DNA of 41,325 nucleotides from a virus (IMGVR_UViG_3300045988_032064:1-41325), one strand, 5' to 3'; positions 32,658 to 41,166 are shown, counted from the stretch's first letter. Notes: generated by a model from the sequence alone, not told the origin. Numbers and translations: made by a program.

Positions 32658-32884
32658 ACATTGCAGAAAAGCAGGAGCTTGTACGGCTGCTAAATCTGTA
32701 CCAAGCAGAACTTGTAACGGCGAACGATGCGAATATTCGGGAAGCTAAAAAGCACCCGAAAAAGAAGTGGGAAGGCAATTATAAACTGGGTATAAAAGCC
32801 CAGTACGAACACGCCAGAATCATCGCCACGAAGTTGGCGGTGGAGATCGGCAAGGAAATGAAATCTTATTGGGATTTGCCGTAG
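32654..32884 (+). CDS. Hypothetical protein
   Basis: ATGA overlap, 76 aa. Confidence 0.55.
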   Translation: MNIAEKQELVRLLNLYQAELVTANDANIREAKKHPKKKWEGNYKLGIKAQYEHARIIATKLAVEIGKEMKSYWDLP

Positions 32885-32897
32885 GAAGGAGATAACG

Positions 32898-33110
32898 ATG
32901 AAAGAAATCGAATTGAAGCCCTGCCCGGTTTGCGGGCGGATTCCGAAGGTACGGTATCGTGCATTCGGGTGCTGCGGGGCCTGGGTGGAGGTGCGGTGCA
33001 AGCCGCTGTTTCGGCGGGGACACCTAGCGGTGCAGCATGGTGCGGCAACAATGGAACGGGCCGTTACCATGGCGGCGGAGGATTGGAACAGGAGGGCTGA
33101 CAATGGATGA
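32898..33110 (+). CDS. Lar-like restriction-alleviation protein
   Basis: SD gaaggag. ELKPCPVCG...EDWNRR matches the Lar family pattern as I remember it. Confidence 0.55.
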   Translation: MKEIELKPCPVCGRIPKVRYRAFGCCGAWVEVRCKPLFRRGHLAVQHGAATMERAVTMAAEDWNRRADNG

Positions 33111-33435
33111 TTACATAAGCCGGGAGGCGGCCAAGCAGATACTTTCCGTACTTCTGGTTAAAGATGCTGCGGAATGTGCCTGCAACCTGGTAGACTGCGT
33201 TTTGCCCGCCGATGTGGAGCCTGTGCGGCGCGGGAAATGGAATATCCGGGTTTCGGATGAACGTACCTTATGCCTGGAATGCTCCGTGTGTGGCCGCAAA
33301 GTTGATAACTTCAACCTGCACCGTCTGCTGATATTCGGAGAATACGGGGAGGCTTTCCGGAGATACCCGTATTGCCACTGCGGCGCTAAAATGGATTTGG
33401 AGGGCGTTTCTGGAAAGGGAGGAAAAGGAAAATGA
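33103..33435 (+). CDS. Hypothetical Zn-ribbon protein
   Basis: Internal ATG 33103 after aggaggg. CLECSVCG...CHCG. Confidence 0.5.
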   Translation: MDDYISREAAKQILSVLLVKDAAECACNLVDCVLPADVEPVRRGKWNIRVSDERTLCLECSVCGRKVDNFNLHRLLIFGEYGEAFRRYPYCHCGAKMDLEGVSGKGGKGK

Positions 33436-33713
33436 CTCTGAATAACCGGTTACTGACCACTATTCAAGTGGCGGTGCTTTTGTACAAAGAACGAATTGGT
33501 CATGATCCAGGGGCCATTCTGTTGGAACGTGGGGCATATGATGTAGTCACGGAAGCCACAAGGGAGGTTGCCTTGATTAGGGGGCAGAACGGAAAGGTAA
33601 CGGTAACGTTGTTTGGAATCCCCGTGGAGCGTGTTTTGCGCCCTGGGTACGGGTTCTACATTTCGGAAAGGTGCTGTGTTAATCCAGGAGGTGCGGAAAA
33701 TGCGGCTGATTGA
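33432..33713 (+). CDS. Hypothetical protein
   Basis: ATGA overlap, 93 aa. Confidence 0.5.
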   Translation: MTLNNRLLTTIQVAVLLYKERIGHDPGAILLERGAYDVVTEATREVALIRGQNGKVTVTLFGIPVERVLRPGYGFYISERCCVNPGGAENAAD

Positions 33714-34035
33714 TGCAGACAACGCACTGGAATTGTTCCGGGCAGAGTACCAGAATACGAAAAATCTGATAAAGCAAGGCGAAAAGCATCTTGATAGTTT
33801 GGCAGAGGGGTACACGGAAGCGGCGTACATAATCAAGTACATTTCGCCAACCGTTGATGCCGTCCCTGTCATCCGGTGCCGGGAATGCAAGTTCTGGGAA
33901 CCGTATGGGAGCAGGGGCTCCCGCAATGGCGAAGACCTGCTAGAATTGGAAGGCGGATGCAGGAAGCGGCGCGGAAGACATTTAGAAAGCGATTTTTGCA
34001 GCTACGGGAAAGGGAAGGAGAAAAACAATGATTAA
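33700..34035 (+). CDS. Hypothetical protein
   Basis: ATG 33700 after aggaggtg. 111 aa. Confidence 0.5.
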   Translation: MRLIDADNALELFRAEYQNTKNLIKQGEKHLDSLAEGYTEAAYIIKYISPTVDAVPVIRCRECKFWEPYGSRGSRNGEDLLELEGGCRKRRGRHLESDFCSYGKGKEKNND

Positions 34036-34582
34036 CGCCTTATCCATGAATACCGCCGGAACAGAGAGAAATTCCTGCAATGGCTGGAAAAGAAGCAAAA
34101 AAATGAGCAATGAACTCACCTACATGGACTGCTGGAACTTTATCGCCCCGCTGATTCCGGTTACCACAGACTTCGCACAAGATGTGTACGTAATGACTTT
34201 TCATGCTCTGAAAGAAGCGGAGGAAAAGCGGATCGCCGAAAAGCGGAAGAAACGGAAGGCGGCAGCTATTAAGCAGGTCGCCAAGGACGGAGTATGGGAA
34301 GAAACCGAAGAAGATGATGGGGTTGATCCTGAAAAGATTATCCGTAGGACTATGGCAACCTATATGGGTGGCAGCGTTCCTGGATGGTTTTCGGAAGCAT
34401 TGCAGGCAACATCCTACGTATTGGCCGTGGACAAGATGGAGGGATACGGATGTATTGCGGCACTGTATGAAGCGGCAAGCAAAGCAAAAACGGTGAAGCG
34501 AATGGCGGCGCTTACAAAGCTGCTTGCAATTTCAACACCGATTAGTTTTATGGCTGGGCTTGCCAATACGACTATCGTTTGA
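34028..34582 (+). CDS. Hypothetical protein
   Basis: SD ggaaggag, 184 aa. Confidence 0.5.
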   Translation: MINALSMNTAGTERNSCNGWKRSKKMSNELTYMDCWNFIAPLIPVTTDFAQDVYVMTFHALKEAEEKRIAEKRKKRKAAAIKQVAKDGVWEETEEDDGVDPEKIIRRTMATYMGGSVPGWFSEALQATSYVLAVDKMEGYGCIAALYEAASKAKTVKRMAALTKLLAISTPISFMAGLANTTIV

Positions 34583-34610
34583 TAGTTATGCTGAGAAAGG
34601 AGTTGGGGCT

Positions 34611-34913
34611 TTGTCTAGGCCGAAATACTGGTGGTACGATTATGTAAAAAAATCAATTATGCACAGCGTAGGCGGCAAGGTCCCAGCGACCTTGCAGGAA
34701 TCCATATCAGATATGGCCGTGAAAAAGGTACTGGCCCGAACAAAGGGCCAGTACCGGGGAGATGAACGGTTGGCGCTGATAGAATTGGTTTATATCAAAC
34801 GGCGGTACAATGTTCCTGGTGCCGCCGTGCAGCTGAATATATCGGAGGGTACGGCTTGTAACTGGAACAAAGAGTTTATTTACGCCGTGGCGCAGGAAAT
34901 GGGGTTTTTGTAA
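34611..34913 (+). CDS. Putative late-gene transcriptional activator (RinA/ArpU-like)
   Basis: TTG start after aaaggag, 100 aa. Last + strand gene before the packaging module, the usual position for such activators. Confidence 0.45.
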   Translation: MSRPKYWWYDYVKKSIMHSVGGKVPATLQESISDMAVKKVLARTKGQYRGDERLALIELVYIKRRYNVPGAAVQLNISEGTACNWNKEFIYAVAQEMGFL

Positions 34914-34946
34914 AAATGTGTATCATTGCCCCCCCGCTCGATATAA
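34912..34946 (+). promoter_or_regulatory. Copy A of a repeated intergenic motif AAAAATGTGTATCA-N14-GATATAA
   Basis: Shares a 14-mer, a C-rich spacer and GATATAA with 41131..41166. Confidence 0.45.
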
Positions 34947-34954
34947 AATAGTGA

Positions 34955-34986
34955 TAAAAGGGAAACCCTGCCATAGTGACAGGGTT
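34955..34986 (-). terminator. Terminator-like hairpin ending the - strand cassette
   Basis: aaccctg/cagggtt stem 7 nt past the stop of 34993..35190. On the - strand it is followed by tcccttttat. Confidence 0.45.
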
Positions 34987-34992
34987 ACCGTG

Positions 34993-35190
34993 CTATTCGG
35001 ATTTTGCTTTGATATACTTTCCAGACCGGATGCGCTTATCATCCGGCAATTGGGCATCGGCAGGGATGATCCATTGATTCCCGATTTTCTTTCCTGGCAG
35101 AGTTCCGGCAATCAGCATACGCCGGATTCTGGAAACATCCCGGCCCACCTTTTGGGCGTATTCGGTGACGGACAGATATTCATTTTCCAT
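34993..35190 (-). CDS. Excisionase/MerR-type HTH DNA-binding protein
   Basis: LSVTEYAQKVGRDVSRIRRMLIAGTLPGKKIGNQWIIP, the pattern of excisionase-family HTH proteins. Confidence 0.65.
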   Translation of the reverse strand: MENEYLSVTEYAQKVGRDVSRIRRMLIAGTLPGKKIGNQWIIPADAQLPDDKRIRSGKYIKAKSE

Positions 35191-35284
35191 CGTGTTTCTC
35201 CTTCCAGATGTGGTACGCAGCTACGCAGATTTTAATTACGGAGTATACCACAACGATAAGACCCACAGTACCAACAATACCCAT
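35180..35284 (-). CDS. 34-aa hydrophobic peptide
   Basis: SD aggagg 6 nt upstream. MGIVGTVGLIVVVYSVIKICVAAYHIWKEKHDGK. Its stop overlaps the start of the HTH gene. Confidence 0.45.
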   Translation of the reverse strand: MGIVGTVGLIVVVYSVIKICVAAYHIWKEKHDGK

Positions 35285-35305
35285 ATTTACCTCCTAATAA
35301 AACAA

Positions 35306-35334
35306 TTGACGGACAGACAACGGTTTGATATAAT
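35306..35334 (+). promoter_or_regulatory. Near-consensus promoter pointing toward terS
   Basis: TTGACG, 17-nt spacer, TATAAT, with TGa (extended -10). Confidence 0.65.
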
Positions 35335-35340
35335 GGGCAT

Positions 35341-35368
35341 ACCATACAGGGGTTTCCCCCTGTATGGT
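35341..35368. other. Perfect 12-bp hairpin
   Basis: accatacagggg-tttc-cccctgtatggt. Sits at the predicted 5' end of the + transcript and 9 nt past the stop of the 39-aa - strand ORF. Confidence 0.6.
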
Positions 35369-35376
35369 GGCTGGGT

Positions 35377-35496
35377 TTAGTCAATGATTTTACCGATTAC
35401 CATCAACACCAGCCCAACGAAGAAGCTCATTAGTCCATCAACTAAGGTTTGCCGCCAGTTGACGTGTCTGATGGGCTTCTTTTCGTACTTGCCCAT
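35377..35496 (-). CDS. 39-aa peptide with a C-terminal transmembrane segment
   Basis: SD gagggggtga. MGKYEKKPIRHVNWRQTLVDGLMSFFVGLVLMVIGKIID. Confidence 0.5.
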   Translation of the reverse strand: MGKYEKKPIRHVNWRQTLVDGLMSFFVGLVLMVIGKIID

Positions 35497-35526
35497 TGGA
35501 TTCACCCCCTCTCATTTGATATATTT

Positions 35527-35555
35527 ATTATAGCACGATATAGTGCGAATGTCAA
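35527..35555 (-). promoter_or_regulatory. Consensus promoter on the - strand
   Basis: The reverse complement reads TTGACA, 17-nt spacer, TATAAT, with TGc (extended -10). Confidence 0.65.
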
Positions 35556-35582
35556 CAAATATTTTAGAAAAGTGGTGAGATT

Positions 35583-36062
35583 GTGGCAAAATTAACGGCA
35601 AAACAGCAACGATTTGTGGATGAATATTTGATTGACTTGAACGCTACCCAGGCCGCAATCAGAGCCGGGTATTCGCCTAAAACAGCATATCGCACAGCTG
35701 CGGACAACCTCATAAAACCTCAGATCAAAAATTGCATTGACCAGCGGATGGCCGAAAAAGAATCGCAGCTGATAGCAAATCAGGATGAAGTGCTAAAATA
35801 CCTCACGTCTGTCATGCGTGGACGGTCTAGGGCATCCGTTGTGGTTGTAGAAAACATCGGCGATTATATGTCACAGGCCAGAGAAATGGAGAAGTCACCG
35901 GATGAAAAGGAGCGGTTAAAGGCTGCCGAGCTTTTGGGCAAGCGATACGGCCTGTTTGACAAGCGAGATCAGAGTGCCGGGACTGGGGAGAAAAACAACC
36001 TGCTTGAAGCCATTGCGGCCACTGGGGAGATAAACACGGATGATTTACCAGAAGTTGAGTAA
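35583..36062 (+). CDS. terS: Terminase small subunit
   Basis: GTG start. KQQRFVDEYLIDLNATQAAIRAGYSPKTA is the typical TerS HTH. Confidence 0.8.
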   Translation: MAKLTAKQQRFVDEYLIDLNATQAAIRAGYSPKTAYRTAADNLIKPQIKNCIDQRMAEKESQLIANQDEVLKYLTSVMRGRSRASVVVVENIGDYMSQAREMEKSPDEKERLKAAELLGKRYGLFDKRDQSAGTGEKNNLLEAIAATGEINTDDLPEVE

Positions 36063-37287
36063 GCGCCAAAAGCTGGCTATGCTTTGGTGGAATCAGCCGA
36101 AATTCCAGGACCGGGACGCTATCATCTGCGACGGCTCCATCAGATCGGGGAAAACGGTCAGTATGGCTGTGGGCTTTATCCTGTGGAGTATGTCACGGTT
36201 TAACGGACAAACGTTCGGTATTTGTGGGCGGACCATCCAGAGCTTGCGCCGGAATGTAATTATCCATCTGTCCGACTGGGTGCCGCCTGATCTCCATATC
36301 GAGGAAAAACAGCAGGAACACAAGCTCATTGTTTCGGATGGATGCGGACGGGAGAACGTCTATTATCTATTTGGAGGACGTGATGAAAGTTCTTATACTC
36401 TGGTCCAGGGCATTACCCTAGCCGGAGCATTGCTGGATGAGGTGGCCCTGATGCCACAGTCCTTTGTGGAACAGGTCACGGCCCGGTGTTCCGTGGATGG
36501 CTCCAAACTGTGGTTTAACTGCAACCCTGGCGGCCCGGAGCACTGGTTTAACAAAAAGTGGGTGCTGGCGGCGAAAGAAATGAATGCGCTCCATGTGCAT
36601 TTCACGATGTCCGACAACCTGAGTCTTGCTCCAAAAATCCGGGAACGATACGAGCGGATGTATACCGGCGTATTTTACCAGCGGTACATCCTGGGTCTGT
36701 GGGTGCTGGCGGAAGGCCTGGTGTATGATTTCGGGGAAGCCAACATCACCGACGACTGCCCGGAAGGAGCAGAGTATTACATATCTGTAGACTACGGAAC
36801 AAGAAACCCCTGTTCCGCTGGATTGTGGAGCGTCACTGGTGATAAAGCCGTCCGAATCAAGGAATACTACTATTCGGGAAGGGAGAGCAACCGGAACAAA
36901 ACGGATGAAGAACATTGTGACGCAATTGAGGATCTGGCCCGTGGCTACATGATTAAGCGAGTAATTGTAGACCCATCAGCAGCATCATTTATCACGTCCT
37001 TGAAAAAGCGAAAATTTAAGGTTTTGGCAGCAAATAACAATGTGCTGGACGGTATCCGGAGGACCGCCACCTATTTAAAAGACGGTAACATCAAAATACA
37101 CCGCTCTTGCGTAGACAGCATTCGAGAATTTGGCCTATATTGCTGGGACGAAAAAAAGAATGACGATAGCGTCGTCAAAGAAAATGACCATGCTATGGAC
37201 GATATCCGCTATTTTTGCAACACAATCATGCGGTACAAGGTAAAGAAAAACACGGAGCTTCCACCGGCTGCGGCGGCTCTGCTGTGA
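36040..37287 (+). CDS. terL: Terminase large subunit
   Basis: 415 aa. Walker A GSIRSGKT. Follows terS. Confidence 0.9.
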   Translation: MIYQKLSKRQKLAMLWWNQPKFQDRDAIICDGSIRSGKTVSMAVGFILWSMSRFNGQTFGICGRTIQSLRRNVIIHLSDWVPPDLHIEEKQQEHKLIVSDGCGRENVYYLFGGRDESSYTLVQGITLAGALLDEVALMPQSFVEQVTARCSVDGSKLWFNCNPGGPEHWFNKKWVLAAKEMNALHVHFTMSDNLSLAPKIRERYERMYTGVFYQRYILGLWVLAEGLVYDFGEANITDDCPEGAEYYISVDYGTRNPCSAGLWSVTGDKAVRIKEYYYSGRESNRNKTDEEHCDAIEDLARGYMIKRVIVDPSAASFITSLKKRKFKVLAANNNVLDGIRRTATYLKDGNIKIHRSCVDSIREFGLYCWDEKKNDDSVVKENDHAMDDIRYFCNTIMRYKVKKNTELPPAAAALL

Positions 37288-37308
37288 TATTACACATTGG
37301 AGGGACAA

Positions 37309-38745
37309 ATGAAAACATACCAGGATTTGCAGGAAGCCATTGCCAAGGGCACCGTAGGAGAGTTCCTTCGGGACGCTGTCCGGGACCAAATGGGCAGTAA
37401 GGCATACAAAAACGCCGTGGTTGGGATGGCTTATTATAATAAGCGAAATCTAACCATCGAGCAGTTGGAAAAGACCATTTTTACCCTGTCCGGGAACAAA
37501 ACAAGAGATATTTGGTCCAGTGATTACCGGCTCAAAACGCTGATGTTTCGCCGCCTGGTGACACAGGAGGCAGGGTACATTCTGGCAAACGGCGTGACCA
37601 TGGACGGAAAGGAAAAACTGGGCAGTGACATCGACAACAAGCTGCAACAGGCGGCAAAGCTGGCCTTGGCTCAAGGCGTGGCATACGGTTACTGGAATCT
37701 GGACCACCTAGAAGTGTTTTCCTTCGCCGATACCCCCGGAAACCCCGGCTTCACTCCCCTGCCCGATGAAAACACCTCTGAGCTTATGGCCGGTATCCGG
37801 TATTGGTTCCGGGACGTGGGCAACAAACAGATTTTCCGGGCAACACTCTACGAGCCGGATGGAATCAGCGAGTGGAGCGCAATGGGCAGCGACCCGGCCC
37901 AGCAGATGGCGGAAAAGCGGGGCTATGTGCTCAAAGAGATTGGGAACGATCTGGGAATCATGGATCAATGCTACGAGAACTATACCCGCCTTCCAATTGC
38001 TGTGCTCTACGGCAACGACACCCGCGAGAGCGAGATTGTGGGACTGCGAGAGTCAATTGACTGCTACGACTTTGTGAAATCAGGATTCGCCAATCAGATT
38101 GACGCTTCTGGCGTGTACTGGCTCCTGAAAAACACCGGCGCAATGGACGACCCCGACCTTGCCAAGTTTGTGCAGCGCATCCGGTCTGTCCGGGCTGCCG
38201 CTGTAGAGGGAGACGGTGACGGTGGTGCAGATGCCACGCCTGTGACGCTGGACGTGCCCGTAGAAGCCAGAAAGACGATGCTGGACATCCTGCGTCGGGA
38301 TCTGTACGAAGATGCCCAGATGCTTGACGTGGTGGCCCTGGCTGGGGCTGAGAAGACCGCCACGGAGATTGCGGCAGCGTATCAGCCACAGGATAACAAA
38401 TGTGCGGACTTCGAGTACTTTCTGATTGCTTTCATTCGGCAAATTTGCGCCGTGGCTGGTATCGACAACCCGGAACCTTCTTTCCAGTGGAACAAGGTAA
38501 TCAACCAGGCAGAGGAAACCAACATGATCCTGTCCGCCGCTGAATACCTGGACGATGAAACCATCCTCAACCATCTGCCATTTATCCTCCCCGAAGAGGT
38601 TCCGGACATCCTGCGCCGCCGGGACGAGGCCGATATGAAGCGCATGGGGGCGTTGGAGAATCAGTTGTTGCAGAATACGCAACAGCTCCAAGAGAACCAG
38701 GAGGAACAGAAGGAACGGCAGGAACAGCAGCCGCCGGAGGGCTAA
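37309..38745 (+). CDS. Portal protein (SPP1 gp6-like)
   Basis: ATG after ggaggg, about 478 aa. Position after terL. Acidic Q/E-rich C-terminus. Confidence 0.85.
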   Translation: MKTYQDLQEAIAKGTVGEFLRDAVRDQMGSKAYKNAVVGMAYYNKRNLTIEQLEKTIFTLSGNKTRDIWSSDYRLKTLMFRRLVTQEAGYILANGVTMDGKEKLGSDIDNKLQQAAKLALAQGVAYGYWNLDHLEVFSFADTPGNPGFTPLPDENTSELMAGIRYWFRDVGNKQIFRATLYEPDGISEWSAMGSDPAQQMAEKRGYVLKEIGNDLGIMDQCYENYTRLPIAVLYGNDTRESEIVGLRESIDCYDFVKSGFANQIDASGVYWLLKNTGAMDDPDLAKFVQRIRSVRAAAVEGDGDGGADATPVTLDVPVEARKTMLDILRRDLYEDAQMLDVVALAGAEKTATEIAAAYQPQDNKCADFEYFLIAFIRQICAVAGIDNPEPSFQWNKVINQAEETNMILSAAEYLDDETILNHLPFILPEEVPDILRRRDEADMKRMGALENQLLQNTQQLQENQEEQKERQEQQPPEG

Positions 38746-38748
38746 CCT

Positions 38749-40455
38749 ATGTCCGACTATGGGCACCGGGAGACGGACAAGCGGCTTGAAGCGCTAGAAA
38801 AGCGTGTGGCCGCTGTCTACAAGCAGGCATCCGAGGAGATGCAGCAGAAGCTTGCGCAGTGGTACAAGGACTTTGAACGTCTGGACAAGCAGAAAGCCGC
38901 CCTTGTGTATGCCGGGAAGCTGCCGAAAGTTGACTATCTGGCATGGCGTAAAGGGAAAATGGTTGAGAGTGGCCGTCTGAAAGCCTTGGTTGACACGCTG
39001 ACGGCGGATTACGTCAATTCGGATAAAATAGCCATGCAGATTGTCCGTGGCGACCTGACGGAGGTGTACGCCCTAAACGCCAACTATGCGGCGTACTCCA
39101 TCGAGCGTGACACTGGGCTTGATCTGTCCTGGACGCTCTACGACCACAGCACCGTTGAGCGCCTGATTCGAGAGAAACCAGAAATCCTCCCACTCCCCTC
39201 CGTCAATGTGCCGCTGGATGAACGGTGGAACCGGCAACACCTGAACATAGCCATTACACAGGGAATTTTGCAGGGCGAATCAATACTACACATCGGGGAC
39301 CGGCTGCAAAGGATACTTGGCATGGACCGCACGGCAGCTATCCGGAGTGCCCGGACGGCCACCACTGCGGCGGAATGTGCCGGGAGAATCAACACTTACA
39401 AGCAAGCGGCAGCTATGGGAATCCAGCTGAAACAAATGTGGCGTGCTACTCTGGATGGGAGAACACGCCACGCCCACCGGCTTCTTGATGGGCAAATGGT
39501 GGATATCGGCGAGAAATTCAAGGTTGACGGCTACGAGCTGGAATACCCCGGAGACCCAAGCGCACCGGGGTATCTGGTGTACAACTGCCGATGCACCGTT
39601 GTATCTGTGGATAAATTCCACGACCAGAATGCACCCAGAGCGGCCAAGCTGGGCGCGGCGAGTTATGAGGAGTGGAAGGCTGGGAAAGAAATATCAAGCG
39701 AAAATAAATGGCAAACTATCACAGATTATTCACAAAATATCGGTATGGTAAAAGAAAACATTCTGTCCACGCCCATCAAGTCCAGCGAAAGCCATTATAA
39801 AAAGTTGCTTGAAGATTTGGAAGCGACAAGTAAGACAGTCAAATTGGATTATAATCCGGTAAAAACAAGGACGAAGAACATCACAGATGACCAGATTATT
39901 TCCGCTTTGGCCGGAGGCGACCAGACAAGAGGCTCTTGCGCTTCTGTTGCGCTTGCGTATGTCGGGCAAAAGCAGGGCTGGGATGTGCTGGATTTTAGAG
40001 ATGGCGAAAGTCGGTACTTTTTTTCAAAGTCAAGGAATCTGCTTGAATTGTCAAAGGCTGACGGTGTTTCTGCTTTGCATTACGGTGATGTTGCCGGAAA
40101 AACCTCTTGCACACTTGCGAATAACTTCCTTAAAAAGTGTGAGATTGGAAAGGAATATTATTTGGGAGTAGGCCGTCATGCTGCAATTGTTAGAAAAAAT
40201 GAATCCGGTGTTCTTCAATACTTGGAACTACAGTCTGCGGTAAACAGTGGATGGACGAATTTCAATAAGAATCCAAAATATACACTTACCAATAGATTTG
40301 GGTGCTCATCCGCAAGTGGCCACGGCGAGCATTTGGATTTTATGATTAACATTACGGACAGCAATTTCGGGACTGATGATTTTAAATCGTTGTTGGGCTA
40401 CCTGAATACGGTAGAAAACGAACAAAGGAAGGGCAGATATGGAACAATCAAGTAA
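38749..40455 (+). CDS. MuF/SPP1 gp7-like minor head protein fused to a foreign C-terminal Cys/His domain
   Basis: LDGRTRHAHRLLDGQ...YNCRCT is the MuF core. The last roughly 250 aa are encoded by visibly AT-rich DNA. Confidence 0.8.
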   Translation: MSDYGHRETDKRLEALEKRVAAVYKQASEEMQQKLAQWYKDFERLDKQKAALVYAGKLPKVDYLAWRKGKMVESGRLKALVDTLTADYVNSDKIAMQIVRGDLTEVYALNANYAAYSIERDTGLDLSWTLYDHSTVERLIREKPEILPLPSVNVPLDERWNRQHLNIAITQGILQGESILHIGDRLQRILGMDRTAAIRSARTATTAAECAGRINTYKQAAAMGIQLKQMWRATLDGRTRHAHRLLDGQMVDIGEKFKVDGYELEYPGDPSAPGYLVYNCRCTVVSVDKFHDQNAPRAAKLGAASYEEWKAGKEISSENKWQTITDYSQNIGMVKENILSTPIKSSESHYKKLLEDLEATSKTVKLDYNPVKTRTKNITDDQIISALAGGDQTRGSCASVALAYVGQKQGWDVLDFRDGESRYFFSKSRNLLELSKADGVSALHYGDVAGKTSCTLANNFLKKCEIGKEYYLGVGRHAAIVRKNESGVLQYLELQSAVNSGWTNFNKNPKYTLTNRFGCSSASGHGEHLDFMINITDSNFGTDDFKSLLGYLNTVENEQRKGRYGTIK

Positions 40456-40657
40456 GCTTTTCAAAAATAACCCATCTGATAGAATTTGGTGGGTGGATAA
40501 CGCCGATGATGTCAAAGGAGAATGGATTTTTACCTTTGATAAAAAGAAATTCTTTAATATGTTTCAGGACTACCCGTGGAATCTTTCCGCTGAAGAAAAG
40601 GAAATTTTTGACAGGGAGAATCCCTATTGGGCAGATTTTTTCAAAGATAGGGTTTAA
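40439..40657 (+). CDS. Small protein, candidate immunity partner of the MuF C-terminal domain
   Basis: SD aaggaaggg. Overlaps the MuF stop by 17 nt. Same AT-rich composition. Confidence 0.5.
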   Translation: MEQSSKLFKNNPSDRIWWVDNADDVKGEWIFTFDKKKFFNMFQDYPWNLSAEEKEIFDRENPYWADFFKDRV

Positions 40658-40674
40658 CGAAGGAGTAAAAAGGT

Positions 40675-41043
40675 ATGGCAAACAACACCCATTATTCCAG
40701 CGGCGGTGGAGATTTCCATGTGGATTTGAATATCACTGATTTCACAGAGGAAATCACCGAGGGAATCAAAGCGGCCATTCGCCGGGCATTGGTGAGAATC
40801 GGGCTGGAATGCGAAAGCTACGCAAAAGATTTGTGCCACGTTATCACCGGGCGACTGCGAAACAGCATTACAAACTGTGTGGATGGCAACGCTGTGTATA
40901 TCGGAACCGATGTTGAATATGCGCAGTTTGAGGAAGAGGGCACAAGCAGAAGACCACCGCACCCATTTCTACGCCCTGCTGCTGAGGGGCATATGGACGA
41001 ATGGCGGCAAATCCTAGAGGATGAACTGGAAAACGGCGGCTAA
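40675..41043 (+). CDS. HK97 gp10-family neck/tail-completion protein
   Basis: SD aaggag. TGRLRNSI...VEYAQFEEEGT...PHPFLRPA. Confidence 0.65.
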   Translation: MANNTHYSSGGGDFHVDLNITDFTEEITEGIKAAIRRALVRIGLECESYAKDLCHVITGRLRNSITNCVDGNAVYIGTDVEYAQFEEEGTSRRPPHPFLRPAAEGHMDEWRQILEDELENGG

Positions 41044-41071
41044 CCTGCCGAAACTGCATATACCCTTCCCT

Positions 41072-41108
41072 ACCCCGTGGCGGTTATCCGCTGCGGGGTT
41101 TTCTTTTG
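41072..41108 (+). terminator. Rho-independent terminator
   Basis: 12-bp stem accccgtggcgg/ccgctgcggggt (two G-U pairs) followed by tttcttttg. Confidence 0.75.
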
Positions 41109-41130
41109 CGATTTTTTGCTTGTGGATTGC

Positions 41131-41166
41131 AAAAATGTGTATCAAAGCCCCTCCAATGTGATATAA
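41131..41166 (+). promoter_or_regulatory. Copy B of the repeated motif AAAAATGTGTATCA-N15-GATATAA
   Basis: See copy A at 34912..34946. Confidence 0.45.
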
